A program made the translations under genes and the position numbers. Source: a virus. From it: 21,760 nt of DNA. Location: IMG/VR virus record IMGVR_UViG_3300015242_000001; one strand, given 5' to 3'. Positions 1 through 8,796 of this stretch are shown here, in pieces. The notes beneath the pieces are model-generated. The model worked only from the letters and a program-made list of their open reading frames with translations, was not told the DNA's origin and did no database searches. Every line of letters begins with the position of its first letter. Within the stretch, counting starts at the first letter, position 1.

Positions 1-139
1 AAAGTCCCTGTAAGGTTGGTTCGTTACGTTGTTCTTTTGCTTCATTGACGGCCTGAAATAACCAGCGCTTGCCCTGCCTATGCAGTGCCTCGTGTATGTC
101 TTCCCAGCCTTCAGGCGTAATAGAGATTGACCATGCCAT
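1..139 (-). CDS. Hypothetical phage protein, runs off the left edge (MAWSISITPEGWEDIHEAL...)
   Basis: Manual translation from ATG at 139; open to the window edge; co-oriented with neighbours. Confidence 0.6.
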   Translation of the reverse strand, partial: MAWSISITPEGWEDIHEALHRQGKRWLFQAVNEAKEQRNEPTLQGL

Positions 140-171
140 AGTAATGTATTTAGAGGTTATAATTAAATATA

Positions 172-345
172 TCAATCTGTCTGTTCAAAATGGGTTATAG
201 TCAAACATTCGTCGTAATACTCCCCATCGTTAAAATATCCCTCATCGAATGAGTCATTTTTTAGATCGGCAGCTATCTTTAAGAGTGTTTCCGCTATCTC
301 TTGGCGTGTGCCCTCCCCTAGTATTTTTATGTTGTAATTTTCCAT
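172..345 (-). CDS. Small acidic hypothetical protein, 57 aa (MENYNIKILGEGTRQEIAE...)
   Basis: Manual translation; fills the gap in the leftward block. Confidence 0.6.
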   Translation of the reverse strand: MENYNIKILGEGTRQEIAETLLKIAADLKNDSFDEGYFNDGEYYDECLTITHFEQTD

Positions 346-356
346 GGTAAACAGGT

Positions 357-581
357 TTAAAGTTGTCTAAATTTAAAGGTATCTACACATAATCCGCTTT
401 CATTCATGGATAGTTTATATCCCTCTTTTATTAACTTAGTGATTAAGGCTGTGCTACATTTGTGTATTACAACCTGAGACACTGTACTAATACTGTCTGA
501 GGATAATGTGTGAAATGATGCGTGTGTGTCCTCAGTGGTAGATATTATTGTAAGTAAATGATTAAACTCCTGGGTGTGCAT
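357..581 (-). CDS. Hypothetical phage protein
   Basis: ORF track; leftward block. Confidence 0.65.
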   Translation of the reverse strand: MHTQEFNHLLTIISTTEDTHASFHTLSSDSISTVSQVVIHKCSTALITKLIKEGYKLSMNESGLCVDTFKFRQL

Positions 582-645
582 TATGTTGGATTTTTAGAGA
601 TTATTAGTTAATTACTCAAATATTACAAGGCAATTAACACATTAA

Positions 646-885
646 TTACACATTATCGTATAAACAACATAGTAGAGTATGATGTACATCTAACACTCCC
701 CAGGATGATGCAAAAGTCTCATATTCCTCATATGGCCTGTTTTTCCGTTCTAAAAACACACGTGCGAACCATTTTATTTTTGTGTAGGTTTTGGTCCCCT
801 GTATATCGGACTCCTTCAAACCTTCTAAAAATTCTTTTAATTGCTGGTCCATTTGCTTTGTTTTAGAAGTGATTGTTTCTATCAA
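646..885 (-). CDS. Hypothetical phage protein
   Basis: ORF track; abuts the next gene. Confidence 0.6.
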   Translation of the reverse strand: MIETITSKTKQMDQQLKEFLEGLKESDIQGTKTYTKIKWFARVFLERKNRPYEEYETFASSWGVLDVHHTLLCCLYDNV

Positions 886-1104
886 TTAACTGATCAGAGA
901 TTCCTCAATCTCATCCGGATATAATTTCTTACCGGCAACGACAACAATAACATGACCAAACCAACTTTTATCAGCGGGGTATATTTTTAAACGTTTTAAA
1001 TTATCAATGCTGTTTTTCTTTGGGGAGATTCCACCAATATAACCTTGTAAGGTCTTTGCATGGGGATTGACGGTAACCAACTGGTTTAAAGAATAATTAG
1101 TCAT
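886..1104 (-). CDS. Hypothetical phage protein
   Basis: ORF track; first gene downstream of the promoter motif at 1153-1160. Confidence 0.65.
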   Translation of the reverse strand: MTNYSLNQLVTVNPHAKTLQGYIGGISPKKNSIDNLKRLKIYPADKSWFGHVIVVVAGKKLYPDEIEESLIS

Positions 1105-1152
1105 AACATTATTTTTTAATGTTTGTTGTTTATTTCATTTCCTTCAACATTA

Positions 1153-1160
1153 TAAAGGTA
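1153..1160 (-). promoter_or_regulatory. Bacteroidota -7 element variant TACCTTTA for the leftward block
   Basis: TAnnTTT(G/A) match ~50 nt upstream of ATG 1104. Confidence 0.5.
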
Positions 1161-1459
1161 CAACATGCCGAATTATTAACCTAATATTTTCTGTCATTTA
1201 ATTGTCATACTAATATTTCATGTGATTTTATATTATTGATTATCAATTGATTATAAATCAGTGTGTAAAAAAGTAATTAAATTAATTAGTGTTTATGATA
1301 AATCTCGCTGAAAGCGCACTACCAATACAGTAATGTAGTACACTATCCACAATAATAAAGAGTATGTAGATAATAAACATCATGTAGAATATAGTATAAG
1401 GACACAGAGTAATGTCGAATGATTAAAGGTACGAATCTTTTATTACCTTGTATCCTGGA

Positions 1460-2150
1460 TTGTTACATTCATTCCCTGGTGAATGATCTATTGCTGTTGC
1501 ATTCATTATAATAATAACTAAATTATTATTAATCATTACATTATCATTATTCATTCATTGATTCATTATTATTACGTAACCATTTAGTTACTTATTGATA
1601 TGCAACCATTTGCTTGCGTATTGCTATATCTATTTGGAACGATCATTCCATTATTGATCATTCATTGCCTTATTGATGGGGATTTCATTGTGTTTACGCC
1701 CATTCTCTAACATCCACCATTCAAATTGCTAATATAGTATCACTTTCTCCTCATTATGACTATAATCTTTGATCTTACCCCCTGTAAAAAGTTATCTTTC
1801 CTTTAATTACTGATACTATATTGACATTATTAATTATTTTTTCATTATTAATAGGGGAAATCATTATTAGATTTGATTTCCTTCCCATACAACAAGGGGG
1901 AGATAACGTCATCGACTTTGAGAGGGATGGGAGGGATATGTGAAGTCACCATTACTCCAATACACATAATGAATTTTAAGGAATAATTGAATATCAATGA
2001 ATTAAGTTAATGAAAATGAAAAATATCTGTATAAACCCACGATCCATGAATCAATAGGTTGACAACAATAATGAAATTTTTCATCCTTAAAGATATACCT
2101 CTCAGAAAAAATGAAATATCACCCCCTTATAAGTCACATCAATGAAATAT
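1460..2150. repeat. Gene-free TCATT/AATGA motif array with strand flip at ~1870-1965
   Basis: About 14 TCATT in 1469-1865 and about 7 AATGA in 1968-2145 by manual count. Confidence 0.6.
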
Positions 2151-2249
2151 TTCTCCTATACACTACTAGTAGGGGGATCTTTAATAGGTTGTAATTACAC
2201 CCAGGGGCCTTTTATATAAGTACCTCTTTATCTCTTACATATATTTCCT

Positions 2250-2257
2250 TATTTTTG
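2250..2257 (+). promoter_or_regulatory. -7 promoter element TATTTTTG
   Basis: Exact TAnnTTTG, 4 nt before ATG 2262. Confidence 0.6.
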
Positions 2258-2261
2258 TAGT

Positions 2262-3047
2262 ATGATACTGGATAATTATTACGGGTACTATTTTGCTATA
2301 AATATGGATTTCAAAACTGAAATGTTTGAGAAATGGAAAGCTGAAAAGAAGGTAGGAATGATATACCTAGATGGTAAAACTGAGGAAGAAGCCGAAGCAA
2401 CGGATTTCTCAGAGTCTGAATACCTCATAATGACCACCAATGTTCGTCATTACCATATCACTAAGGAAGTACTGGACTTCGCTCAACAAATCAAATTAAA
2501 GGATACTAAGGACTATAAATGGCTACTCCCAATAAAGGATCAGACCTCTCAGTATACATTCGATAACACATTCATTATATTCCAGAAGAAGGGGGATAGA
2601 ATTATAGCCATAGCCTCTTCAAAGTGGAGAGTATCAGAGAGAGAAAATTACATGCATTGGGATATGTTTAATATTAATCTCTCAAAAGCTGAATTAAACA
2701 TTCATGAACATAGTGAATATGCTAATGCTTCCTACAAACTGCTACTCCAGCTACTTAGTTTTATAGAACTCTCTGATATTGATGAGATTACGATTAAACC
2801 AAATTCTCAACATGGGTTTGGTTCCAAGAGAGATCCGAATACCATCTACAACAGTAATAGATTCTCTGTAACATGGGTTACCTCCAGATGGGTTACTAGA
2901 GTATACAGACCAGGAGAATTTATGGTAACCCGTCATCAAAGATGGCAACCTAAAGGTCCAGGACGCGCTATGTATGAGTTAATCTGGGTAGAAACCTTTG
3001 AGAAAAAAGGTATGACAATAGCAGCTGGGAAAGAAAGAAATACATAA
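2262..3047 (+). CDS. Phage protein of unknown function with C-terminal VxxHxRxQxxGPGR...LIW motif
   Basis: 261-aa ORF; the C-terminal motif resembles one seen in uncharacterised phage proteins; start could be 2304. Confidence 0.8.
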   Translation: MILDNYYGYYFAINMDFKTEMFEKWKAEKKVGMIYLDGKTEEEAEATDFSESEYLIMTTNVRHYHITKEVLDFAQQIKLKDTKDYKWLLPIKDQTSQYTFDNTFIIFQKKGDRIIAIASSKWRVSERENYMHWDMFNINLSKAELNIHEHSEYANASYKLLLQLLSFIELSDIDEITIKPNSQHGFGSKRDPNTIYNSNRFSVTWVTSRWVTRVYRPGEFMVTRHQRWQPKGPGRAMYELIWVETFEKKGMTIAAGKERNT

Positions 3048-3063
3048 ATCTAATATATTTCAT

Positions 3064-3071
3064 TATCTTTG
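3064..3071 (+). promoter_or_regulatory. -7 promoter element TATCTTTG with no downstream ORF
   Basis: Exact TAnnTTTG followed by a hairpin at 3107-3139. Confidence 0.5.
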
Positions 3072-3264
3072 CTATAATTATTACTCCAAAACTTGCTGTT
3101 TATGGGGATGGTAATCGGAAATCCTCCGATTTAACCATCAAAATTATACAAAAAGTAAAGCTATAGCTTTACATAATAAATTATTTGTAAAGTCATAACT
3201 TTAAAAACACAATATGTTACCAGAAACCAATAGAACCATTTTTGAAATAATATTACCTTTATAC

Positions 3265-3497
3265 TAGCAGTCCCCTTGCAAATAGACTTCGCAGAAACCG
3301 GCTCTATAAAATTGAAACATACTGAAAAGGCCGATAGCGGGTGCTGACACATGGCTGAGGTACTGGTCCAAACAGGTAAATCCAAATCAACCTCCTGAGG
3401 GTGGGAACATACCCAAGAGCAATATCAGGCAAGGTGTCATTTGTTTCAATTGAATTAAGCTACCATAACCACCTTTAGAAATAAGGGTGGTTTTTTG
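3265..3497 (+). ncRNA. Candidate structured ncRNA (~230 nt)
   Basis: TACCTTTA at 3254-3261; nested helices AATTGAAACA(3310)/TGTTTCAATT(3442), TGACAC(3345)/GTGTCA(3434), CCTGA(3394)/TCAGG(3425); ends at an intrinsic terminator; GC-enriched; no credible ORF. Confidence 0.6.
3467..3496 (+). terminator. Intrinsic terminator
   Basis: AACCACCTTT-agaaat-AAGGGTGGTT followed by a T run. Confidence 0.8.
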
Positions 3498-3563
3498 TTT
3501 ATCTCAATATAATTCCTTATCTTTTCTTATTCAATCAATTTCAATTTAAACTCTCTAAATTAT

Positions 3564-3590
3564 AGCTGGGTACTCTTACCTGGCTTTTTT
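3564..3590 (+). terminator. Intrinsic terminator
   Basis: AGCTGGGTA-ctct-TACCTGGCT (G-U pairs) followed by TTTTT. Confidence 0.7.
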
Positions 3591-3651
3591 ATTTGAAAAA
3601 TTATCCCTAAATTAGTTCTGACAGTAATATTTACCTTCAAATTACCAATCG

Positions 3652-3945
3652 ATGTCGAAAATTATCTTGGGACAAACTGAAATTGATGAAGAAAATCTCA
3701 CAATCACCTACCCTAGAACTTCCAGAATACCTAAAGAAGAAGTAACCCTTTTAAAATTTATGTTAGAAAATCTTGAAAAAGCTGTATTTATAGATGATAT
3801 CCTTATGGAGGTGTGGGGGGATACCGAATTCTTTACTCACAGGAAACTGGAAGTATACCTTACTAGAATTCGGACATATGCAAGAGAGTTTATTATTCAG
3901 AAAGATAATACTTACGTTAAAATGTCCCCAAAAGCAAAAGACTAG
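3652..3945 (+). CDS. Stand-alone OmpR/PhoB-type winged-helix DNA-binding domain (Trans_reg_C-like)
   Basis: KE..LL.F..EN....V..D.IL.EVWG....F..R.LEVY.TRIR pattern; no receiver domain. Confidence 0.8.
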   Translation: MSKIILGQTEIDEENLTITYPRTSRIPKEEVTLLKFMLENLEKAVFIDDILMEVWGDTEFFTHRKLEVYLTRIRTYAREFIIQKDNTYVKMSPKAKD

Positions 3946-4071
3946 GTAAATACCCAGTCTTATTTCATTCATTGAATATATTTAATTAGAGGAGGTTCAT
4001 GCCCTCTATTGTTCTGCAATATCCCCCTTTCTACACTATCTTTTAGTTAATCCACTGTTAATCACTATAAA

Positions 4072-4190
4072 GAAAAATCCGCTATCATCCACAAGGAACG
4101 ATAACGGATTATGATTAGAAAAACAGGCCTGAGACGGCCTAAAACTACGATGAAAGAGATTAGGGAATTCCCCCTAATATAAAAAAACAA
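4072..4190 (-). ncRNA. Candidate minus-strand sRNA made of three hairpins
   Basis: Hairpins at 4159-4178, 4125-4140 and terminator-like 4076-4110 with a T run on the minus strand; weak promoter variant at 4195-4202. Confidence 0.35.
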
Positions 4191-4270
4191 CTCTGCAATA
4201 TAATAACTCCCCATTCTCCAAGTAGTTAATTCAATGTTAACATAAAATTTTCTTCAAAAACTAATAATTA

Positions 4271-4302
4271 TTTGATTAATCTAATAATATTGATTATTTT
4301 TG
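4271..4302 (+). promoter_or_regulatory. Bacteroidota promoter TTTG-N20-TATTTTTG for the rightward block 4318-7577
   Basis: -33 TTTG at 4271-4274 and -7 at 4295-4302. Confidence 0.7.
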
Positions 4303-4317
4303 CATTAAAATATATCA

Positions 4318-4695
4318 ATGTACAGTCATTCAAAACCTAGATACATAGACTTATATCCTGAACATGAAGATAAAATAACTCCAACCTTTGAAACAATTAA
4401 ATACGGAGAATTAATAGAATATCATTCAGGGAATGGTGGATATCATACTGGAGTAAAAGTACATTTCTTTAATAAGAAAGGGGTGTTTATTGGTAATTAC
4501 TATGAATGGGTTCCCTATGACCTATTGAGATTTAGAGAAGCTCGCAACAGGGAACGAGTATTTTATGGTCAGAAATTTGAAAAGCCCAAACAATTCATCT
4601 ATGAGAATCTCTGTAATGTCACAACCTACCTTATCCGATTAACACAGTATATATCTGCGAATGGTAGATTTAGTAGGAAATCTAAACTGAAATGA
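4318..4695 (+). CDS. Hypothetical phage protein
   Basis: ORF directly after the promoter. Confidence 0.7.
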   Translation: MYSHSKPRYIDLYPEHEDKITPTFETIKYGELIEYHSGNGGYHTGVKVHFFNKKGVFIGNYYEWVPYDLLRFREARNRERVFYGQKFEKPKQFIYENLCNVTTYLIRLTQYISANGRFSRKSKLK

Positions 4696-4853
4696 TAAAA
4701 GTTAAAGACACAGTATTACATACACTGTCAGGTTTATACTACCTGTGTGAGAATACAAAACATGAAAAATGGATGAATCAAAATCCATACTATAAACTAG
4801 TTCAAAAAGACATTGTATCTGAATCTTATTTCTATAAAAGTAAAGGAAAATGA
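4692..4853 (+). CDS. Small hypothetical protein, 53 aa (MIKVKDTVLHTLSG...)
   Basis: Manual translation; ATGA overlaps with both neighbours. Confidence 0.65.
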   Translation: MIKVKDTVLHTLSGLYYLCENTKHEKWMNQNPYYKLVQKDIVSESYFYKSKGK

Positions 4854-5047
4854 ACACAGAAATAACAACCAAGCTATTAAAAGTAACACTAGAATACGAA
4901 GATAAAATAATGACAATAGAAGGGGATGAATGTGGGAAATGGAATAATCACAATTTAGCAGTTGCTCAATTAGCTCAGATACACAACATGAACCCTTTCC
5001 TGAATGATCCTATCACATGGACTGCGGTTTACTTAAAATCAATTTAA
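4850..5047 (+). CDS. Hypothetical phage protein
   Basis: ORF track; coupled start. Confidence 0.65.
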   Translation: MNTEITTKLLKVTLEYEDKIMTIEGDECGKWNNHNLAVAQLAQIHNMNPFLNDPITWTAVYLKSI

Positions 5048-5087
5048 GGTACTAATAGTACCAATTTAATCTATAATTTAAACTAAC

Positions 5088-5414
5088 ATGTCATCATTCT
5101 GCTCAGAACACATATTTTATGAAGAGGGATGTCCTTTGTGTAATCCACGTGGTTCAATAACCATAAGTTCTTCAACAAACTATATAAAAGAATATAATAT
5201 ACAACCCGATAATATCAAAACATGGATATCGGTCAATGACGAGTTACCAAATGAAGGTGGAAGATACTGGTGCTATGTCAAAGAGTTAAATGATTTAGGA
5301 ATATCTCATTTCCAATGGAATTGTTCATTCACCCCAGGTGAAGGATTTAGTGATCTCTGCCAACGTATGAATGTTACTCACTGGACATACTTATTAGAAT
5401 CTCCAAAACAATAA
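5088..5414 (+). CDS. DUF551-like phage protein
   Basis: WISVNDELP...VTHW..L.ESP signature. Confidence 0.75.
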   Translation: MSSFCSEHIFYEEGCPLCNPRGSITISSSTNYIKEYNIQPDNIKTWISVNDELPNEGGRYWCYVKELNDLGISHFQWNCSFTPGEGFSDLCQRMNVTHWTYLLESPKQ

Positions 5415-5416
5415 CA

Positions 5417-5728
5417 ATGAATCAAAAAATTAAAGAACACTTAATAAAATATAATACCGAAAACGGTTACTCAATCGAAGAGGAATCCCTTATAGAAACT
5501 CTTACAGAAGCTAATGTGATTTATGAGAAAGAAACAAAAGGTAGTAGATGGTGGAATAACTATTTCAGGGTTGTAGAAATAGACGGGATGTTTATAGGGT
5601 ATGGATGGGCAAAGGCTTTCAGAGATGAGACACCAGCAGACTGCGGATGGGAATTTAATACTGATACTATCGGAGAGGTTGAAGCTGAAGTTATCATAAC
5701 TACTGTTTATCAATATAAAAATAAATAA
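5417..5728 (+). CDS. Hypothetical phage protein
   Basis: ORF track; tight packing. Confidence 0.75.
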   Translation: MNQKIKEHLIKYNTENGYSIEEESLIETLTEANVIYEKETKGSRWWNNYFRVVEIDGMFIGYGWAKAFRDETPADCGWEFNTDTIGEVEAEVIITTVYQYKNK

Positions 5729-5737
5729 AATATTTCG

Positions 5738-5938
5738 ATGAAAACTAAAAAGCCACAGCCTGTAAAGCAGGTATATGCTGAAACTTATCATAAGGGGGAG
5801 AACCCTTTGAATTTTGATGTTTTGAAAGAACTTCTTGAGAATAATCGTATCGAGGGATATATTACAAAAGCTGGATCTCTGAGTGATGGTAATTCCTTCT
5901 GTGACGTTCATCTTACAATAAAAGAGAAAACCAAATAA
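5738..5938 (+). CDS. Hypothetical phage protein
   Basis: ORF track; tight packing. Confidence 0.65.
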   Translation: MKTKKPQPVKQVYAETYHKGENPLNFDVLKELLENNRIEGYITKAGSLSDGNSFCDVHLTIKEKTK

Positions 5939-5939
5939 T

Positions 5940-6281
5940 ATGGGATGGGATGCATATGCAGTAGGGTATGTAGAAACTTTACATCAAAAGGATTTCGATA
6001 AAGCTATAAAGAGAATTCTCAGGAAGGGCCAGTATGCAGATGCTGGGTTAACTCAAGGTTACTTGGACTGTACACCTTGCGCCAAAGCAATGGAGGAAAT
6101 AACAGGGGTTACATCTTATGGGGAAGGTTACTCCCATCAATCGCTACTTTATATAGAAGATAAGATAAACCGTGCTAAACACGAACCTGACTCAGAAGTA
6201 GAACTTTGGGCTTTTTATAGTGCTCAAGAATTTCTGAAAATTTGTATTAAACATAAACTAGGTATTAAATTCTCATGGTAA
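5940..6281 (+). CDS. Hypothetical phage protein
   Basis: ORF track; tight packing. Confidence 0.75.
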   Translation: MGWDAYAVGYVETLHQKDFDKAIKRILRKGQYADAGLTQGYLDCTPCAKAMEEITGVTSYGEGYSHQSLLYIEDKINRAKHEPDSEVELWAFYSAQEFLKICIKHKLGIKFSW

Positions 6282-6520
6282 TGAATAATAAAACAAAACA
6301 TATACTATTATTTAGTTCAATCCTCTTAGTTCTGGTGTTGTTTATAACGGGACTTTGTATTGACCTACTTCTAACTGGAAAGATATTTCTTTGTATAGCT
6401 GGGGCAATTGTAGCAGGTATTATTATAGTATATATATGGCTTGAAACAGAAATGATGATATACGGGTCTTCCATAGAGACAGTAATTGATAAATCCAAAG
6501 AAGAAAATAAATGCAAGTAG
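6281..6520 (+). CDS. Small two-TM membrane protein
   Basis: Two hydrophobic segments; TAATG coupling favours start at 6281 over 6275. Confidence 0.7.
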   Translation: MNNKTKHILLFSSILLVLVLFITGLCIDLLLTGKIFLCIAGAIVAGIIIVYIWLETEMMIYGSSIETVIDKSKEENKCK

Positions 6521-6783
6521 GATCGTTAGTATTATGTGTAGATGTACTTAATTGCAAGCACGGAGAAGAAGCACCCATTAAAGAAAGTATTTATACAATT
6601 AGAGAAATTTTAAAGGTTTATGGGCAGGAAGCCGTTAGACTCGAAGAAATAATAAATGCTCCTCAATTTTATTTATTAACTGGTTATGCAGAAATAGCAT
6701 TTCGTATAGAGCATTTCAAAGAACTCCAACCTCCTATAGAGATAGATATAGAATATTTAATTAAAGAACCTTTGAGTATATGA
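6511..6783 (+). CDS. Hypothetical phage protein
   Basis: ORF track; overlapping start. Confidence 0.75.
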   Translation: MQVGSLVLCVDVLNCKHGEEAPIKESIYTIREILKVYGQEAVRLEEIINAPQFYLLTGYAEIAFRIEHFKELQPPIEIDIEYLIKEPLSI

Positions 6784-7052
6784 CACCACAAGAAATAATA
6801 GCAGAATACATGAATCATTCGCTTTCTCAAGTGCATCTTTACCATAGCTGCTGGAATAGTTTAATGGAAGTAATCAAAAAACTAAATGAAACTACTTTGT
6901 TTGGATTATTTCCAAAGCTCCATTACATGGACAATACATCAAGGTTAAATTATGCTCTATCAAGAGCAGACATCGAGACAGCTTACAATGAAGTGATTAA
7001 TATTATTACAGCATCAAACAAACGGAAAAAGGATGAAAAAATATCAAACTAA
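6780..7052 (+). CDS. Hypothetical phage protein
   Basis: ORF track; ATGA overlap. Confidence 0.7.
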   Translation: MTPQEIIAEYMNHSLSQVHLYHSCWNSLMEVIKKLNETTLFGLFPKLHYMDNTSRLNYALSRADIETAYNEVINIITASNKRKKDEKISN

Positions 7053-7302
7053 ATTCCCTGAACAAGTAGAAGCAGTTCAATTGACAACTTCAAATTACAA
7101 GGAAGTAATCGATTGGACAGAGAAAGAATGCATTGTACATTATCAGGATGCTGGGAATATGGATTTAATGGGCATTACTGTAATAGATGGAAATACTCAC
7201 TGGCCGTTATTTTTAGGTATGTACATTTCAAAACATAAAGGGGGTGAGGTTTGTAACTATACAGAGGAAGGTTTTAAAAAGACTTGGGAGGAAATAATAT
7301 AA
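7033..7302 (+). CDS. Phage protein of the K.Y..KP..VEAVQ...F.KT(W/Y)E type
   Basis: Terminal motifs typical of a common uncharacterised phage family. Confidence 0.7.
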   Translation: MKKYQTKFPEQVEAVQLTTSNYKEVIDWTEKECIVHYQDAGNMDLMGITVIDGNTHWPLFLGMYISKHKGGEVCNYTEEGFKKTWEEII

Positions 7303-7304
7303 AA

Positions 7305-7577
7305 ATGACGAAGATTGAACTAGTAGGGTTGACAGTAACAGACCTCCAGAATTTATTGGATAATGCCGTTTCTAAGGCAATAGAAAGGTACAAAGAGGAA
7401 CAAAGGACCCCTTCAGATTGGGAGGAATTGACATTAGATCAAGCAGCTCAAGAACTACATTGCTGCAAAGCCACCATACGCCGAAAAATGATTCAGCTTA
7501 ATATCCAAGGAGCCAAAACAGGAAAGGAGATATTGATTCAACGTAAAGACTTAAAAAAAATCAAGAAGGCTTCTTGA
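7305..7577 (+). CDS. Excisionase-like HTH protein (MerR/HTH_17-like)
   Basis: LTLDQAAQELHCCKATIRRK..GKEILI motif; convergent with and overlapping the integrase by 17 bp; ATG at 7305 preferred to TTG at 7284. Confidence 0.8.
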   Translation: MTKIELVGLTVTDLQNLLDNAVSKAIERYKEEQRTPSDWEELTLDQAAQELHCCKATIRRKMIQLNIQGAKTGKEILIQRKDLKKIKKAS

Positions 7578-8730
7578 AAAAGGGGCTTTCTAACATCATA
7601 TTTGCCGCCTCCTGTTTACCAATCTTTATATACTTAAAAAATTCTTTTTCTGATTTGTGACCAGTAATCTTCATGATCGCTTTTACCGGAAAGCCCTGCA
7701 AGTACATAATAGTAGCAAATGTCCTCCTGGCAGTGTGAGCGCTTACAAGATCATATTTAGCCCAGTATTCTGCCTGTCTTCTCCCTCCTTTGGTAATAGA
7801 TATCAAATGCTGTTCAGTAATCCCAGCCATTTCACAGATATCAGGCAGGTGATAATTTAACCCCTCTGCCGTGGAATATACTGGTAACACCCCATTATAT
7901 TTTGTATAAATAGCATCGGCCATCCAGTGAACTGGGATAACAACCTTCTCCCCGGTTTTCTCTGTAAGAACTTCGAATTTATCACCAACACGCTTATACA
8001 GGTTGATCCGTCCCAGATCTTCAGCTCTAAGAGCAACCCAGCACCCGAATACAAAAACATCCCTTGCCCGACCTTTAGCGCCACTCAATGGTAAATTGTA
8101 AACAGCGGTCAATTCTTCGATAGTAAGCGCCACAGTATCTGATTCCTCCCATGAATACTTAAATTCTGGATTCTCAAAAACTTTGTTCTTATGTTTCTTG
8201 GCATCGTACATTTTAACCAGGAAAGCACTGAGTCTGGCAACTACCTCTGCAATCGAATTTCGGCTATAGTCCTTTTTTATCAGCCACTTCAATAAATTAC
8301 GATAATCTTCAATATTAAATCGATATGAGAACTTAAAGGCGGAGGCTGCCTCATAATTCTGCAACTTCTTGAGGACACTTTCGTAATTTTTGGCTGAAGC
8401 CTCACTGAACCGATTTCCATCCTTCTTTTTTAACAATTTCCCAGATCTCATATCAGCAACCATTTGCCCCCAATCTGATATAAAATCCGAAACATCCTTT
8501 TTGACTTTTGCCAAGTGCTCATTCAGGTGTTCTGTTAGCTCTGGTTTTAAGACTGGCTGATCTTGGATTTTTGCATTGGCAACATATTGCGTTATTAGAC
8601 GCTTGATTTTGTCAAGTCTAAGTATGTCGCCCTTTTCTTTAGATCCAACTTTTATTTTTGTAGGATACCGCAGACGACCATCTTGGCAGTAAAACGAGGC
8701 AAGTAAATAACCATTGGCTTTAATAAACAT
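7561..8730 (-). CDS. int: Tyrosine recombinase (phage integrase)
   Basis: Complete catalytic set: ALRAED (R), TEKTG (K), HTARRTFAT (HxxR), ITGHKS (H), FFKYI (Y). Confidence 0.95.
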   Translation of the reverse strand: MFIKANGYLLASFYCQDGRLRYPTKIKVGSKEKGDILRLDKIKRLITQYVANAKIQDQPVLKPELTEHLNEHLAKVKKDVSDFISDWGQMVADMRSGKLLKKKDGNRFSEASAKNYESVLKKLQNYEAASAFKFSYRFNIEDYRNLLKWLIKKDYSRNSIAEVVARLSAFLVKMYDAKKHKNKVFENPEFKYSWEESDTVALTIEELTAVYNLPLSGAKGRARDVFVFGCWVALRAEDLGRINLYKRVGDKFEVLTEKTGEKVVIPVHWMADAIYTKYNGVLPVYSTAEGLNYHLPDICEMAGITEQHLISITKGGRRQAEYWAKYDLVSAHTARRTFATIMYLQGFPVKAIMKITGHKSEKEFFKYIKIGKQEAANMMLESPFFKKPS

Positions 8731-8736
8731 AAACAG

Positions 8737-8784
8737 AGTATGTCTAAAAGTATGTCTAAAAGTATGTCTAAAAGTATGTCTAAA
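8737..8784. repeat. 4 perfect tandem copies of AGTATGTCTAAA (candidate integrase arm-type sites)
   Basis: Copies start at 8737, 8749, 8761 and 8773; core TATGTCT recurs at 8979 and 8991. Confidence 0.9.
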
Positions 8785-8788
8785 AAAG

Positions 8789-8796
8789 TAAAGTTA
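8789..8796 (-). promoter_or_regulatory. Candidate int promoter -7 variant TAACTTTA
   Basis: Same motif as 17153-17160; lies just upstream of the repeats. Confidence 0.45.

Noticed and set aside
3161-3385. 74-aa minus-strand ORF
   Set aside because: TTG start, antisense to a promoter/terminator-bounded structured unit
3311-3450. ATTGAAAC and GTTTCAAT resemble CRISPR repeat ends
   Set aside because: Single inverted pair, no direct repeats or spacers, no cas genes; it is a stem
7561-8730. Integrase as host xerC/xerD beside aroQ
   Set aside because: 389 aa with an N-terminal extension, adjacent Xis-like gene and arm-like repeats; catalytic motif context is not XerC/D-like
8737-8784. 12-bp repeats as CRISPR or as an in-frame (FRHT)4 integrase extension
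   Set aside because: No spacers; the frame meets a stop at 8794-8796 with no upstream ATG
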